This document shows positions 52,201 through 59,551 of a stretch of DNA of 64,000 bases, piece after piece. A program made the position numbers and the translations under genes. Numbering within the stretch: the stretch's first letter is position 1; each line of letters starts with the position of its first letter. The stretch is taken from contig NC_086097.1 in assembly GCF_963921235.1 (NCBI RefSeq), forward strand, positions 56,980,001 to 57,044,000, given 5' to 3'. The notes below the pieces were generated by a model that was not told the DNA's origin, ran no database searches, and saw nothing but the letters and a program-made list of their open reading frames with translations. This DNA comes from Mobula hypostoma (Eukaryota).

Positions 52201-53569
52201 TATATGCCGTATTCCAGCTGTGTCCTAAATAATATTTTACAAAGATGTACCATAGCCTTCCTGGACTTGTACTTTGTGCCCTGGCTGATGAAGATAGGCA
52301 TCTGATAGATTTTCACCAACTTATCTGCTTGTGGTTTAACTGTTAGAGATATCTGGATTTGTACTCTGCTTCCTCTTCTTCATTATCCTCTTGTTAGGTC
52401 TTCCCCTTGTTAGTCCTCACAAGTTTGAACACCTTATGTTTATAAAGATTAAACTTCATCTGCTGCTGTTCTATCATTTTGACAATAGATCAATATCATC
52501 CTGAAGTTTAACACTGTCCAACTTGTAATCAACATCATCACCAGTTTTTAACTATTCATAAACTTGCTAATCACCCTTGCTATGTTCATATCCAAAGAGT
52601 AAAGATGCTCAAGTTGATTCCTATGGTTCACCACTAGTTGCCAACATCAATCACAATGAACATTCAACATCATCCTCTGCCTGCTGTTACCGTGCTAATT
52701 TTAGATTCTGTTTTCCAGTTTGCCACTTGAGTGCCATGTTCTCTAACTGTACCAGACTGATCCCTTTTGCAGTATTTCAATTGAAGATGTTGCTTTTTCT
52801 CTGACAGCACTGCAGATTACATTACAGCTGATTTGCTGGTTTCTAAAATCACTTAAGGATATTTTCAGACCTACAAGTTATGGATTATTTATGTGAATCT
52901 CCACAGTTTAAACATGTCTGTGTAAAATCTAAAGATCGTCTTGAATTGTCAGCAATAAATGTACTTGAGAATATCGATCACTGTTTAAACTGAATATGAC
53001 GAAGGTGAATATCATGGTCAATAGATACTCTGACATACTTTTAGTACCAACAGCCAAGGACATGCTCTTCCCCTTGAATTTCTGATGATAGTCTTACCTG
53101 AACAATACTAGTAAGTCATAATGAAAGCACAGTTCAATCTAATTATGTAGCTGTGAAATGTAGTGACTGAACATGAATTGTGTTGATGCCAAAGTTTTCC
53201 TGCAAATTTAACTACAATAGTAGTGTAATAGTTTAGTAACTCTTTATTTCCTCACTATCATTTTTGATGTGATCAGGTTTGAATCTTGGACAGTCATGGG
53301 CTTTCTTTAATATCAGTTTTGTGCCTTTCCTTTGTACCTGACTAAATTCTAGGTACTTGTATGGCTTTGAAGAATACTGTCGTGCAGCTGATCTTCGCTT
53401 TAGGACCATTCATCATATGGAACCTAAAGGAAAAACATTGGAAAAAGGTGAAGAGAATGGTGCATATGATCCAAAGAAAGTATCTGGAGCTTCAGACGAA
53501 GAAACAGATTTTGAGAAAAGTGATGAAGCTGCAAATGAAAAAGAGGAAAAAGAAGTCATAACTCCAAGA
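5970..53569 (+). CDS. arid4a: ARID4A (RBBP1), partial multi-exon CDS: 13 exons, 457 codons; 5' and 3' ends outside window
   Basis: 13 exons with AG/GT boundaries and compatible phases give one uninterrupted frame. The N-terminus [37 protein letters not shown] and the ARID motif [23 protein letters not shown] match ARID4A rather than ARID4B (ALDEPPYL, KTAKRL). Confidence 0.96.
6212..6277 (+). CDS. arid4a: arid4a exon (66 nt), [22 protein letters not shown]
   Basis: gtctag|GTG ... CGG|gtatgt; follows a 131-nt intron. Confidence 0.96.
6754..6892 (+). mobile_element. Short Penelope-like insert with mutated hammerhead (GAAA to AAAA), 9-bp TSD TGAAATCAA
   Basis: TSD at 6745-6753 and 6893-6901; CUGACGA intact, G12 lost. 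Confidence 0.8.
6985..8415 (-). mobile_element. CR1 LINE ORF2 RT and C-terminal region with 3' tail, decayed
   Basis: ORFs with [21 protein letters not shown]...[24 protein letters not shown] and [11 protein letters not shown]. Confidence 0.92.
8418..9545 (-). mobile_element. CR1 LINE 5' UTR and ORF1 (zinc-finger/leucine-zipper plus SGNH esterase), decayed
   Basis: VVMGDSIM...[14 protein letters not shown] and VHIGTNEIG...VVISGLLP...INAWLK esterase blocks; CpG-rich 5' end at 9440-9540. Confidence 0.85.
9916..10330 (+). mobile_element. HERO-like (RLE) non-LTR retrotransposon 3' fragment
   Basis: 9916-10068 translates [50 protein letters not shown], like the GCRGF...AAE..S.W.W C-terminus of HERO elements; followed by a 3' UTR. 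Confidence 0.7.
11109..11199 (+). CDS. arid4a: arid4a exon (91 nt), [30 protein letters not shown]
   Basis: ctgcag|ATT ... GTAG|gtgagg; phase 0/1. Confidence 0.96.
11730..12510 (-). mobile_element. CR1 LINE 3' fragment
   Basis: Reverse CR1 tail (tagaacagtacag...gttcagcccacaatg) and ccaggcagcatcctggtaaac / gaccagaattatatgcaatcctccaagtgtgg motifs. Confidence 0.8.
12660..13710 (+). mobile_element. CR1 LINE RT and 3' fragment
   Basis: [31 protein letters not shown]; ends in a tctaatggtcttatg tail. Confidence 0.9.
15048..15210. mobile_element. Penelope-like insert with 5' inversion (fold-back), 18-bp TSD
   Basis: TGTTTACTTTGAAATCCA at 15030-15047 and 15211-15228; 39-bp inverted arms; hammerhead motif on minus strand 15101-15136. 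Confidence 0.85.
15715..16200 (-). mobile_element. Degenerate 3' fragment of the LINE family seen at 24731-27771
   Basis: catttattgcacattccttattgcccatgaggtggtg resembles 24755-24800. Confidence 0.55.
16400..17020 (-). mobile_element. RTE-derived non-autonomous element, interrupted by a Penelope tail at ~16570-16667
   Basis: Collinear with 61108-61657 except for the extra cagtcctgctgaagg...gtgtgtcg block. Confidence 0.7.
17852..18726 (-). mobile_element. Tigger4/Zombi-like DNA transposon deletion derivative
   Basis: TA-caggttgagcacccc ... ggtgttctcaatctg-TA; minus-strand remnant resembling [22 protein letters not shown]; 10-bp tandem duplication gcaccccttg in the left TIR. Confidence 0.8.
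18777..18885 (+). mobile_element. 5'-truncated copy of the RTE-derived element
   Basis: ggacgcaacatccatggtcgatcctgaccaacagactgcctca is the reverse complement of ~61112-61155. Confidence 0.65.
20136..20215 (+). CDS. arid4a: arid4a exon (80 nt), (V)[26 protein letters not shown]
   Basis: ctttag|TG ... GAG|gtgaga; phase 1/0. Confidence 0.97.
20293..20390 (+). CDS. arid4a: arid4a exon (98 nt), [32 protein letters not shown]
   Basis: ttttag|ACC ... GC|gtaagt; follows a 77-nt intron; phase 0/2. Confidence 0.97.
20633..21501 (-). mobile_element. Non-coding Rex1-type non-autonomous retroelement with internal C/A-rich repeats
   Basis: Rex1-like tail at left (catacaaccctgagattt); AGATGGCGCC head on minus strand at ~21494; imperfect flanking repeat atttctatcat / atttctgccat. 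Confidence 0.5.
21560..22390 (+). mobile_element. Old CR1 fragment containing a (TA)n tract
   Basis: Degenerate RT-region motifs (agtcaacatggattt...aaatcatgtttaacaa) and a CR1 3' end. Confidence 0.6.
22013..22054. repeat. (TA)n microsatellite with one interruption
   Basis: Seen directly. Confidence 0.95.
22705..23125 (+). mobile_element. Old Penelope remnant (ORF C-terminus plus degenerate tail)
   Basis: ggcctattgtattg...aagcttgaggaa...ttcgattgggcacgttgcagcc resembles GLLYC...KLEE..LIFRLGTLQP. Confidence 0.55.
23234..23387. mobile_element. Tigger-like MITE (~150 bp)
   Basis: TA-caggtcgaccttcactaattcg / ccggattagtgaaggttgac TIRs; five internal taat(c/t)(c/t)g motifs. Confidence 0.75.
23510..24365 (+). 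mobile_element. CR1 LINE 3' fragment
   Basis: Collinear with 12900-13710; ends ctcctatgtcatatggtc. Confidence 0.88.
24731..27771 (-). mobile_element. Near full-length CR1/L2-group LINE: tRNA-derived head, AP endonuclease, RT, 3' tail; no ORF1; decayed
   Basis: EN ([35 protein letters not shown]) and RT ([44 protein letters not shown]) fragments in order; A and B boxes at the 5' end. Confidence 0.85.
27697..27770 (-). promoter_or_regulatory. Type 2 Pol III internal promoter (tRNA-derived head)
   Basis: A box TAGCACAGTGG (27770-27760) and B box GTTCGAATCC (27706-27697) on the minus strand. Confidence 0.7.
28310..28445 (+). CDS. arid4a: arid4a exon (136 nt), [45 protein letters not shown]
   Basis: ttacag|A ... 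TTG|gtaagt; phase 2/0; start of RBB1NT/PWWP-like domain. Confidence 0.96.
28940..29990 (-). mobile_element. Old CR1 fragment
   Basis: Degenerate reverse CR1 motifs (gtgtcatctgcaaattt; gagcagattagggcactcag tail). Confidence 0.7.
30780..30859 (+). CDS. arid4a: arid4a exon (80 nt), [26 protein letters not shown]
   Basis: ttacag|GTG ... TT|gtaagt; phase 0/2; upstream in-frame AGs exist (see findings). Confidence 0.93.
31894..31970 (+). CDS. arid4a: arid4a exon (77 nt), (F)[25 protein letters not shown]
   Basis: cgacag|T ... CAAG|gtaagg; phase 2/1. Confidence 0.94.
34064..34212 (+). CDS. arid4a: arid4a exon (149 nt), (A)[49 protein letters not shown]
   Basis: ttgtag|CA ... GAG|gtaggc; phase 1/0; lies within ORF 34051..34242. 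Confidence 0.92.
35130..35882 (-). mobile_element. Rex1/Babar LINE 3' fragment
   Basis: [60 protein letters not shown]. Confidence 0.9.
36890..37360 (+). mobile_element. CR1 3' fragment
   Basis: gctataggaaggatctggttgtgctggagagagc...agttatgagaagagattggatagg. Confidence 0.7.
38342..38414 (+). CDS. arid4a: arid4a exon (73 nt), [24 protein letters not shown], start of ARID domain
   Basis: cactag|GTA ... AGAG|gtaagg; phase 0/1. Confidence 0.96.
38980..39074 (+). CDS. arid4a: arid4a exon (95 nt), (G)[35 protein letters not shown] domain
   Basis: ttccag|GA ... AAT|gtgagt; phase 1/0. Confidence 0.97.
39095..40678 (+). mobile_element. Full-length but dead Tc1 transposon (1584 bp)
   Basis: TA TSD; 28-bp TIR cagtgccttgaaaaagtattcggccccc with 2 mismatches; remnants [26 protein letters not shown] broken by stops and frameshifts. 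Confidence 0.92.
41265..41460. mobile_element. Old inverted pair of Penelope-type tails
   Basis: ggaaacattcagctggccaggcaatatc ... gatactgcctgatctgctaagtacttctagtatttt: degenerate version of the 15048-15210 structure. Confidence 0.5.
43220..43590 (+). mobile_element. CR1 3' fragment
   Basis: agaagattgagagaagatttgatggagatatacagaattatgagggg ... ggcctggttctgtgctg. Confidence 0.85.
43788..45363 (-). mobile_element. Full-length dead Tc1 transposon with long IR/DR-type TIRs
   Basis: TA-cagtggtgctagaaagtttgtgaa / ttcacaaactttctagcacca; ~200-bp TIRs; minus-strand remnants [36 protein letters not shown]. Confidence 0.92.
46309..46406 (+). CDS. arid4a: arid4a exon (98 nt), [36 protein letters not shown] domain
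   Basis: ctgcag|ATT ... AA|gtaagt; phase 0/2. Confidence 0.97.
47415..48770 (+). mobile_element. 5'-truncated copy of the LINE family seen at 24731-27771
   Basis: caggtatgtcctgtccacaaaaaacaggacaaatccaacc matches the reverse complement of 26000-26040; tail tagggatcagcaaaatgccttgcc. Confidence 0.75.
49185..49224. repeat. (TG)20 microsatellite
   Basis: Seen directly; adjoins the Rex1 3' region. Confidence 0.95.
49250..50495 (-). mobile_element. Rex1/Babar LINE RT and 3' fragment
   Basis: [71 protein letters not shown]. Confidence 0.92.
50790..51120 (+). mobile_element. Deu-domain SINE (SacSINE1/AmnSINE1-like), old
   Basis: ctctcaggtg...aaagatccatgacattattttgaagagcagggg...gccaatattta...aaagtacttc..ggctgtaaa..gctttg; resemblance recalled from memory; a weaker copy at ~24405-24630. 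Confidence 0.65.
51770..52760 (-). mobile_element. Old CR1 fragment
   Basis: Degenerate reverse CR1 motifs (tgttccagattccaactaccctctg; cagcctcctctgcttccaagaaaa). Confidence 0.65.
53353..53569 (+). CDS. arid4a: arid4a exon (217 nt), (K)[25 protein letters not shown]...EVITPR, end of ARID plus acidic linker
   Basis: ttctag|G ... AGA|gtaagt; phase 2/0; overlaps ORF 53357..53584. Confidence 0.95.
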
Positions 53570-53799
53570 GTAAGTAATTCGTGATCTTGATATTGCAGTA
53601 GAACTAAGGAAAGCCAGGAATATTCTCTGCATGTTTCAGATTGGCATCAATTGTCATTGTTTGAATCTTTTAACATCCTAATGTGGATTTGTATTCTTAA
53701 GTATAAATCACAGTGGTGGTGTACTTTAGCAGCATTTTGTATTGTAATTCTGATTGTACATATTTGCAATTTAAAACAAAAATTCCTTTATTTGAGACA

Positions 53800-55320
53800 T
53801 GACCATAACTTCCAACACCAGCATTAATGTCCGTTCCCTATTGCCCTTGAGAAATTGTGGTGAGCTAGATTTTTTTAAATTGCTGTGGTCATACTGTTGA
53901 AATATTCCCAAAACGCCATTGGGCAGGGACTTTCAGCATTGATATTCAATGTTGATGAAGGAATAGTAAACTGTTTCCAAGTCAGGATGGTGTGTGAGTT
54001 TGACAGAACCAGCAGAATGCTGCCCATGTCTGGTGGTAAGGATTTTGAAGGAAAGTGCAGTCGAACAATTGCATATTTTGTAGATGACTTCCCCTTTAGT
54101 CACTTTATGTCAGTGATGGATGGAATAAAAGTTAAGTGTGGTGGATTGAATGCCATGTTCCAAATGGCACTGAGCTACTTGCAAGTTGTTTGGATTGCTA
54201 TCATCCTGGCTATTTGGATGTATCCTGTTGTACTCCTGACTCATTCCTTGTAGGAAATGGAAAGACTTGGGGTATTGGGGGTTAACCACTCACCACTGGA
54301 TACCTAGCTTCTGAAGTGGTTGTGTTTATTATCAGAGAATGTATACAGTATGCAGACATCCGCGAAAAACAGAATAACCCCAAAAGAATGAATAACAAAA
54401 AAAATTTGAAACCCAAAGCCCCCTCCCCCTCCCCTGCACAAGCAGCAGCAGGCATCAACACATCAACCTTCCCCCTTTCATCTCCCACCCATTTCAGCAA
54501 AAAGTATCATCGCCTACCAAGCAACAGCAGAGCACCCAAAGAGAGACCATGATCTGCAGTCAACAAAACTATTGTCTACCCAACAGTTCAACATGCCACA
54601 GTCTCTCGCTCTCGCTCTCTCATTCTCTCACTCTCTACAAGGCACAGAGATATAACACCCATTTTCACAGTGAAAGGGGAGACTGACAGTTGCTGTTATG
54701 ATATTACAGTATGGTGCATCGTTTTCCCATACTCATTTGGCAACACTAGCCTGAAATCGGTCATCACAAGGGCAGTACCCCGGAGGCACCATCTTCCAGG
54801 ACGTGCCTGGAGAATGTTGGGAAATGGTCGGCCAACAAGCTCCAGGAACAGGAACTCATCCACCATAGTAAAAAAAAATGCAGTTTGAGTGCCACTTGCA
54901 GATCAGGACCTCAATAGAACCCCACCCACCTTGAAAAGGAAATAAAGAGACATTAAGGGGAGGAATTAAGTTGGTTTTTGCAGAAGAGCTCAAAGTTGCA
55001 GCCACTTGATGCCATCTTAACTCCGCCCACACTGACTTATTATTATAATTGAGCCTGTTGAGTTTGTGGTTACTAGTGATGCCCAAGATGTTAGTGATGA
55101 AGAAGTTAGTGATGTTAATTGAATTGAATGTCAGGGATAGACGGTTGGATTCTTGTTCCTAACAATCATTGCTTCATATACATTGCACAGTGTTATTGAT
55201 GCTTCCATCCATGTCTGAATGTTGTTAAGGTCTTGCTTTGCGCAGACGTAGACTGCTTCATTTGTTGAGGAGCTGTGAATAAAATTTATCATTTCCTGAT
55301 CATCAGTGACCATTTCCACT
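53800..55320 (-). mobile_element. Old copy of the 24731-27771 LINE family, interrupted at ~54325-55040
   Basis: ccctattgcccttgaga...gtttccaagtcaggatggtgtgtg; ORF 55131..55319 KQDLNNIQTW. Confidence 0.7.
54325..55040 (-). mobile_element. Second Rex1-type non-autonomous element
   Basis: tttattatcagagaatgtatacagtat tail; C/A-rich repeats (cccctccccctcccctgcacaa) like 20720-20940; AAGATGGC head on minus strand at ~55018. Confidence 0.45.
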
Positions 55321-55733
55321 TAATGGCCTCGGACAATGATGATTCTCCTTTAACTTGGAGAATATCCAGGAAACTACTGGTTGCTTAGGTTGTGTCAGTA
55401 ATATTGAAAGTATAAGGGAAAAATTCTATCAAATAAGATTATGATCACTTTCTACGGACTGATGATGGGGAAATGGCATGATTTGTGCATGAGAAATTCT
55501 GCTTCGCCAATCTGAATTTTTGAGGGACTTTAGTAAGGATTTGGCACCGTCTTACATGTAAGGCTAGTCCAGGAAGCTAGGGCACATGCATTCCAGAGTG
55601 ATTTGGCCAAATGGATCTAAAATTGGATTGGTAATATGAGGCAGAGGGTAGTTGTGGAGGATTGCTCAGGGAAGTCTACAATCAGTGGTGTACTGCAGAA
55701 ATTGATACCTAGACCTTTGTAGTTTGGAATATA

Positions 55734-57317
55734 CAGGTTTCCCCCGCTATCCAAAGGTAGAGCATTCCTATGAAACGGTTCGTAAGCTGGAATGTCGTAA
55801 AGCGAAGAAGCAATTACCATTTATTTATATGGGGAAAAATTTGTAAGTGTTCGCAGACCCAAAAATAACCCACCAAAATCATGCCAAATAACACATAAAA
55901 CCTAAATTAACAGTAACATATAGTATAAGCAGGAATGATATGATAAATACACAGCCTATATAAAGTAGAAATACTTTTCTACAATCACTGCCTGCACTGT
56001 TCTCCCTAGCGAAAATCTCACGCAAGCGCTCTCGGCAGAAGCACTCTCTCCAGTAACCTTTAAGCTATGAAGCTGCCAAATCATACCAAATAACGCTTAA
56101 AAATACACAGCCTATATAAAGTAGAAATAATGTATGTACAGTGTAGTATCACTTACGAAAATCGGGAAGACAGCGCCTAGTGCACTGATGATGGTGTGTT
56201 AGGCTGAGTCATCGGAGGTTGGGGTGGTGCAGTGGTCCCCACCTTCTGGGCAGCAAACCGATACCGATCCGCGAAGCATGCAGCGGTACAGCGGGGTGGC
56301 CGGGACGCACCCAGCACATCTTTAAGGAAAAAGCCGAAATAAACAAGCTAATTATTTACGTGCCCGGCGGCACCTAATTAATTAACTTGTTTATTTCGGC
56401 TTTTTTCTTAAAGATGTGCTGGGTGCCTCCCGGCTACCGCTGTATTCTCCGCGAATCTTATCTGTCCGCGGCCCGGAGGTTGGGAGCACTGGGGTGGTGG
56501 GACACTGAGATGTCGTCTGTTTCCATCAGAGCAGGCAGGTCATCTTCTTCTATGTCCGCCTGCCTCAATGGCGAAGGTCGAGGTTCGTCATCTGCTGTGG
56601 CTGATGTGGAAGGCTTGAAATACGATAGGATGCTTGACTGCTAGCCTCGCGCATTTTTCTATCATACAGTTCTTTGTAAGCACTTAAACCATCTTGCAAA
56701 TATGCCCTAAGCTGATGTACTCTTTCAAAATTAAAGTCATACTTTATCATTGCAGCGAAAATCTCACGCAGTTGCTTCACGTTCAGTTCCTGGACGACTT
56801 CACTTTTGGTCCATTCGCTACTGCATTCAGTTTTGATTGTTATCCTTCCTTCTTCCAATTGCATCAGCTCTTCATCTATCAGTTCTTGGCCATGGGATGC
56901 CAAAACCTCTTCAACGTCATCTTCGTCAACTTCCACAAGCCAAACTCACTTTGTCCTTACTTCGTTCACCACAATCAAAATGCTTAATTATGTCTAGTTT
57001 TATGCTAAGTGTAACACCCTTATGAGCTCTTTTAGGCTGTTCCGATACCTTAGAACTCATCTTGCTAACGGATGCTCAAAATAACTGGACATAAAGCACA
57101 AATGCTCACAGGCACGTGTTTAAGCAATGCCGGCTAGAATGCAGTTCCGAATCCGGGGGAGGAGCGGCTGCTTTTTTTCGTGAGCTGCCTTTAATCACGC
57201 GCTGCTTTTTTCATAACAGTGAAAACACCTTCTGTTAGCGAAAACAGGTAACTAATGTAGGTCTTTTGTAACAGTGAGGTTTCGTAAAGCGAACATTCAA
57301 AAAGCGGGGGACACCTG
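55734..57317 (-). mobile_element. Tigger-family deletion derivative retaining the transposase C-terminus
   Basis: TA-caggtttcccccgctatcc ... gcgggggacacctg-TA; ORF 56565..56936 EVDEDDVEEVLASHGQELIDEELMQLEE..YKELYDRK. Confidence 0.9.
56230..56491. mobile_element. Palindromic hAT-type MITE with perfect 8-bp TSD GGGTGGTG
   Basis: cagtggtcccca ... tgggagcactg TIRs; TSD at 56222-56229 and 56492-56499; ~60-bp internal inverted arms. Confidence 0.85.
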
Positions 57318-57477
57318 TATATAAATGACTCGGATTAATCCGTCTTTGATGTACTAAGTAAATTCGTGACATGGAGATTGGTGGAGCTGAAGGTAGTGAG
57401 GATAGTTGCCCAAGGATCTTGAAAAGTATAGATAGGGTAATCATTTTCCAAGTGTAGGGGAGTCCAAAGCTAAAGGA

Positions 57478-58380
57478 CATACAACATAGAACAGTACAGC
57501 ACTGGACCACACAGTTAGCCTATGATGTTGTGTTGCTCTTGATGCTAGTTTATACCAAATGCCCTCCTTGTGTGTATCATCCATAGTCCTTCATTCCCTC
57601 ATGTTTATGTGTCTATGTAAGGGCCTCTTAATCTCCATCAAATGGTCTTTTTCCACTGCTAACCATGGTAACCTATTCCTGGCACCTACCAATCCATGTG
57701 TAAAAATAAAACTTGTCCCCCTTTTCGCCTTTAAACTTCCCCCTCTAACCTTAAAAGCATGTTTGACATTTCTACATTAGGGAAAAGGTTCAGACTGTCT
57801 ATGAATGACATAACTTCCATCAGGTTATCCCTCAGTCTCCAACATTCTTGGGTAAACATCCCAAGTTTGTTCAACCTTTCTTTATAGTTCATACTTGCTA
57901 TTCAAGCAACATCCTGGTAAACTGCTTTTGCACCCTCTCCACAGTCTCCATGTTCTTCCTTTAATGGGGTGGGGGTATTCCTAGTGCAGCTGACAGAATT
58001 TTTATACAGCTGCAGCATGGCTTCCTTTACACCCTTACCAATGAAAGCAGGTGTGCCATATGCCTTCTTTACCATCTTATCCACTTGCATAGCCATTGTC
58101 AGTAAGCTAAGGACCTAGACCTCAAGATCCTTCTGTTCCTCAATTTTGTTAAGGGCTCTAACTATTAACTGTATACTTTCTCCTTATATTTGACCTCCTA
58201 AAGTGCAATACCTCACTCTTGCCCAGATCAAAGTCTGCCACCTCCCTGCCCATAACCACAACAGATCTATATCTTCCTGTATTTTTCAATAGTATTTAGC
58301 ACAGTCCACAACACCCCTATTCTTGGTGTCATCCACAGTTTGCTTAACTCACACATGTACATTTTGCGTTAGTCTTCATC
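57478..58380 (-). mobile_element. CR1 3' fragment
   Basis: Reverse tail catagaacagtacagcac; QVDKMVKKAYGTPAFI. Confidence 0.85.
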
Positions 58381-59551
58381 AAGGAAGACTCCAGCACTCT
58401 GCCAGAAATTCAAGAGTGCTGGGAGTAGAAGTAAGTGTAGTCAGTATTACTAAGGAGAAGCTGCTTGGGAAGCTGAAAGATGTGAAAGTGGATAAGGCAG
58501 CTGGATTTGGTGGACTACATTTCGGGGTCTGAAAGAGGTAGTTGAAGAGATTATGAAGGCATTGGTGGTGATAATTGAAGAATCGTTAGTGTCAGGAATG
58601 ATTCCAGAAGAGTGTAAAATCGCAAATGTCACTCCACTGTTTAAGAAGGGAGGTAGAAGACAGGAAATTGTAGGCCTGTTAGTCTGATTTCAGTGGTTGA
58701 TAAGATTATGGAGCCCATTGTTAAGGGTGAAGTATCGGGGAATTTGGAAGCACATCATAAAATATACTGATGTCAGCATGATTCCCTTAAGGAAACGTCT
58801 TGCCTGACAAATCTGTTGGAATTTTTTGAGGAAATAACAGATAGGATAGACAAAGGAGAGTCAGTGGATCTTGTTTACTTGGATTTTCAGAAGGTTTTTG
58901 ACAAGGTGCTGCACACGAGTCTGCTAAACAAGAAATTAGCTCTTGATATTACAGGAAAGGTATTGGCACAGGCAGAAGATTGGCTGACTGGCAGAAGGCA
59001 AATGTGGGATTAAAGCAGGCCTTTTCTGGTTGGCTGCTGGTGACTAGTAGATGTTTAGCAGGGGTTGGTGTTGGGTGTCCACTCTTATGTTATACGTAAA
59101 TGATTTGGATGACAGAATTGATGGCTTTGTGGCCAACTCTGCAGGTGATGCAAAGGCAGGTAAAGAGGCAGATAGTATTGAGGGGACAGAGCATCTGCAG
59201 AAGGACTTGGACAGGTTGGGAGAATGGGCAAAGAATTGGCAGATCGAATACTGTGTAAGGCAGTGTATGGCCATGCACTTTAATAGAAGGAATAAAAGCA
59301 TAGACTATTTTTTGAATGGGGAGAGAATTCAAAAATTGGAGATGTAAAAGGGCTAGAGGGGTCCCATGCAGGATTAGCTAAAGATTAACTTACAGACTGA
59401 TTTAGTAATAATGAGGGAAAAACAATGATGGCATTCATGTTGGGAGGACTAGAATATGAAAACCAGAATGTAGTGCTGAGGTTTTGTAAGGCATTGCTGA
59501 GACAATATTTGGATATTGTGAGCAGTTTCGTAGCCCGTGTCTAAGAAAATA

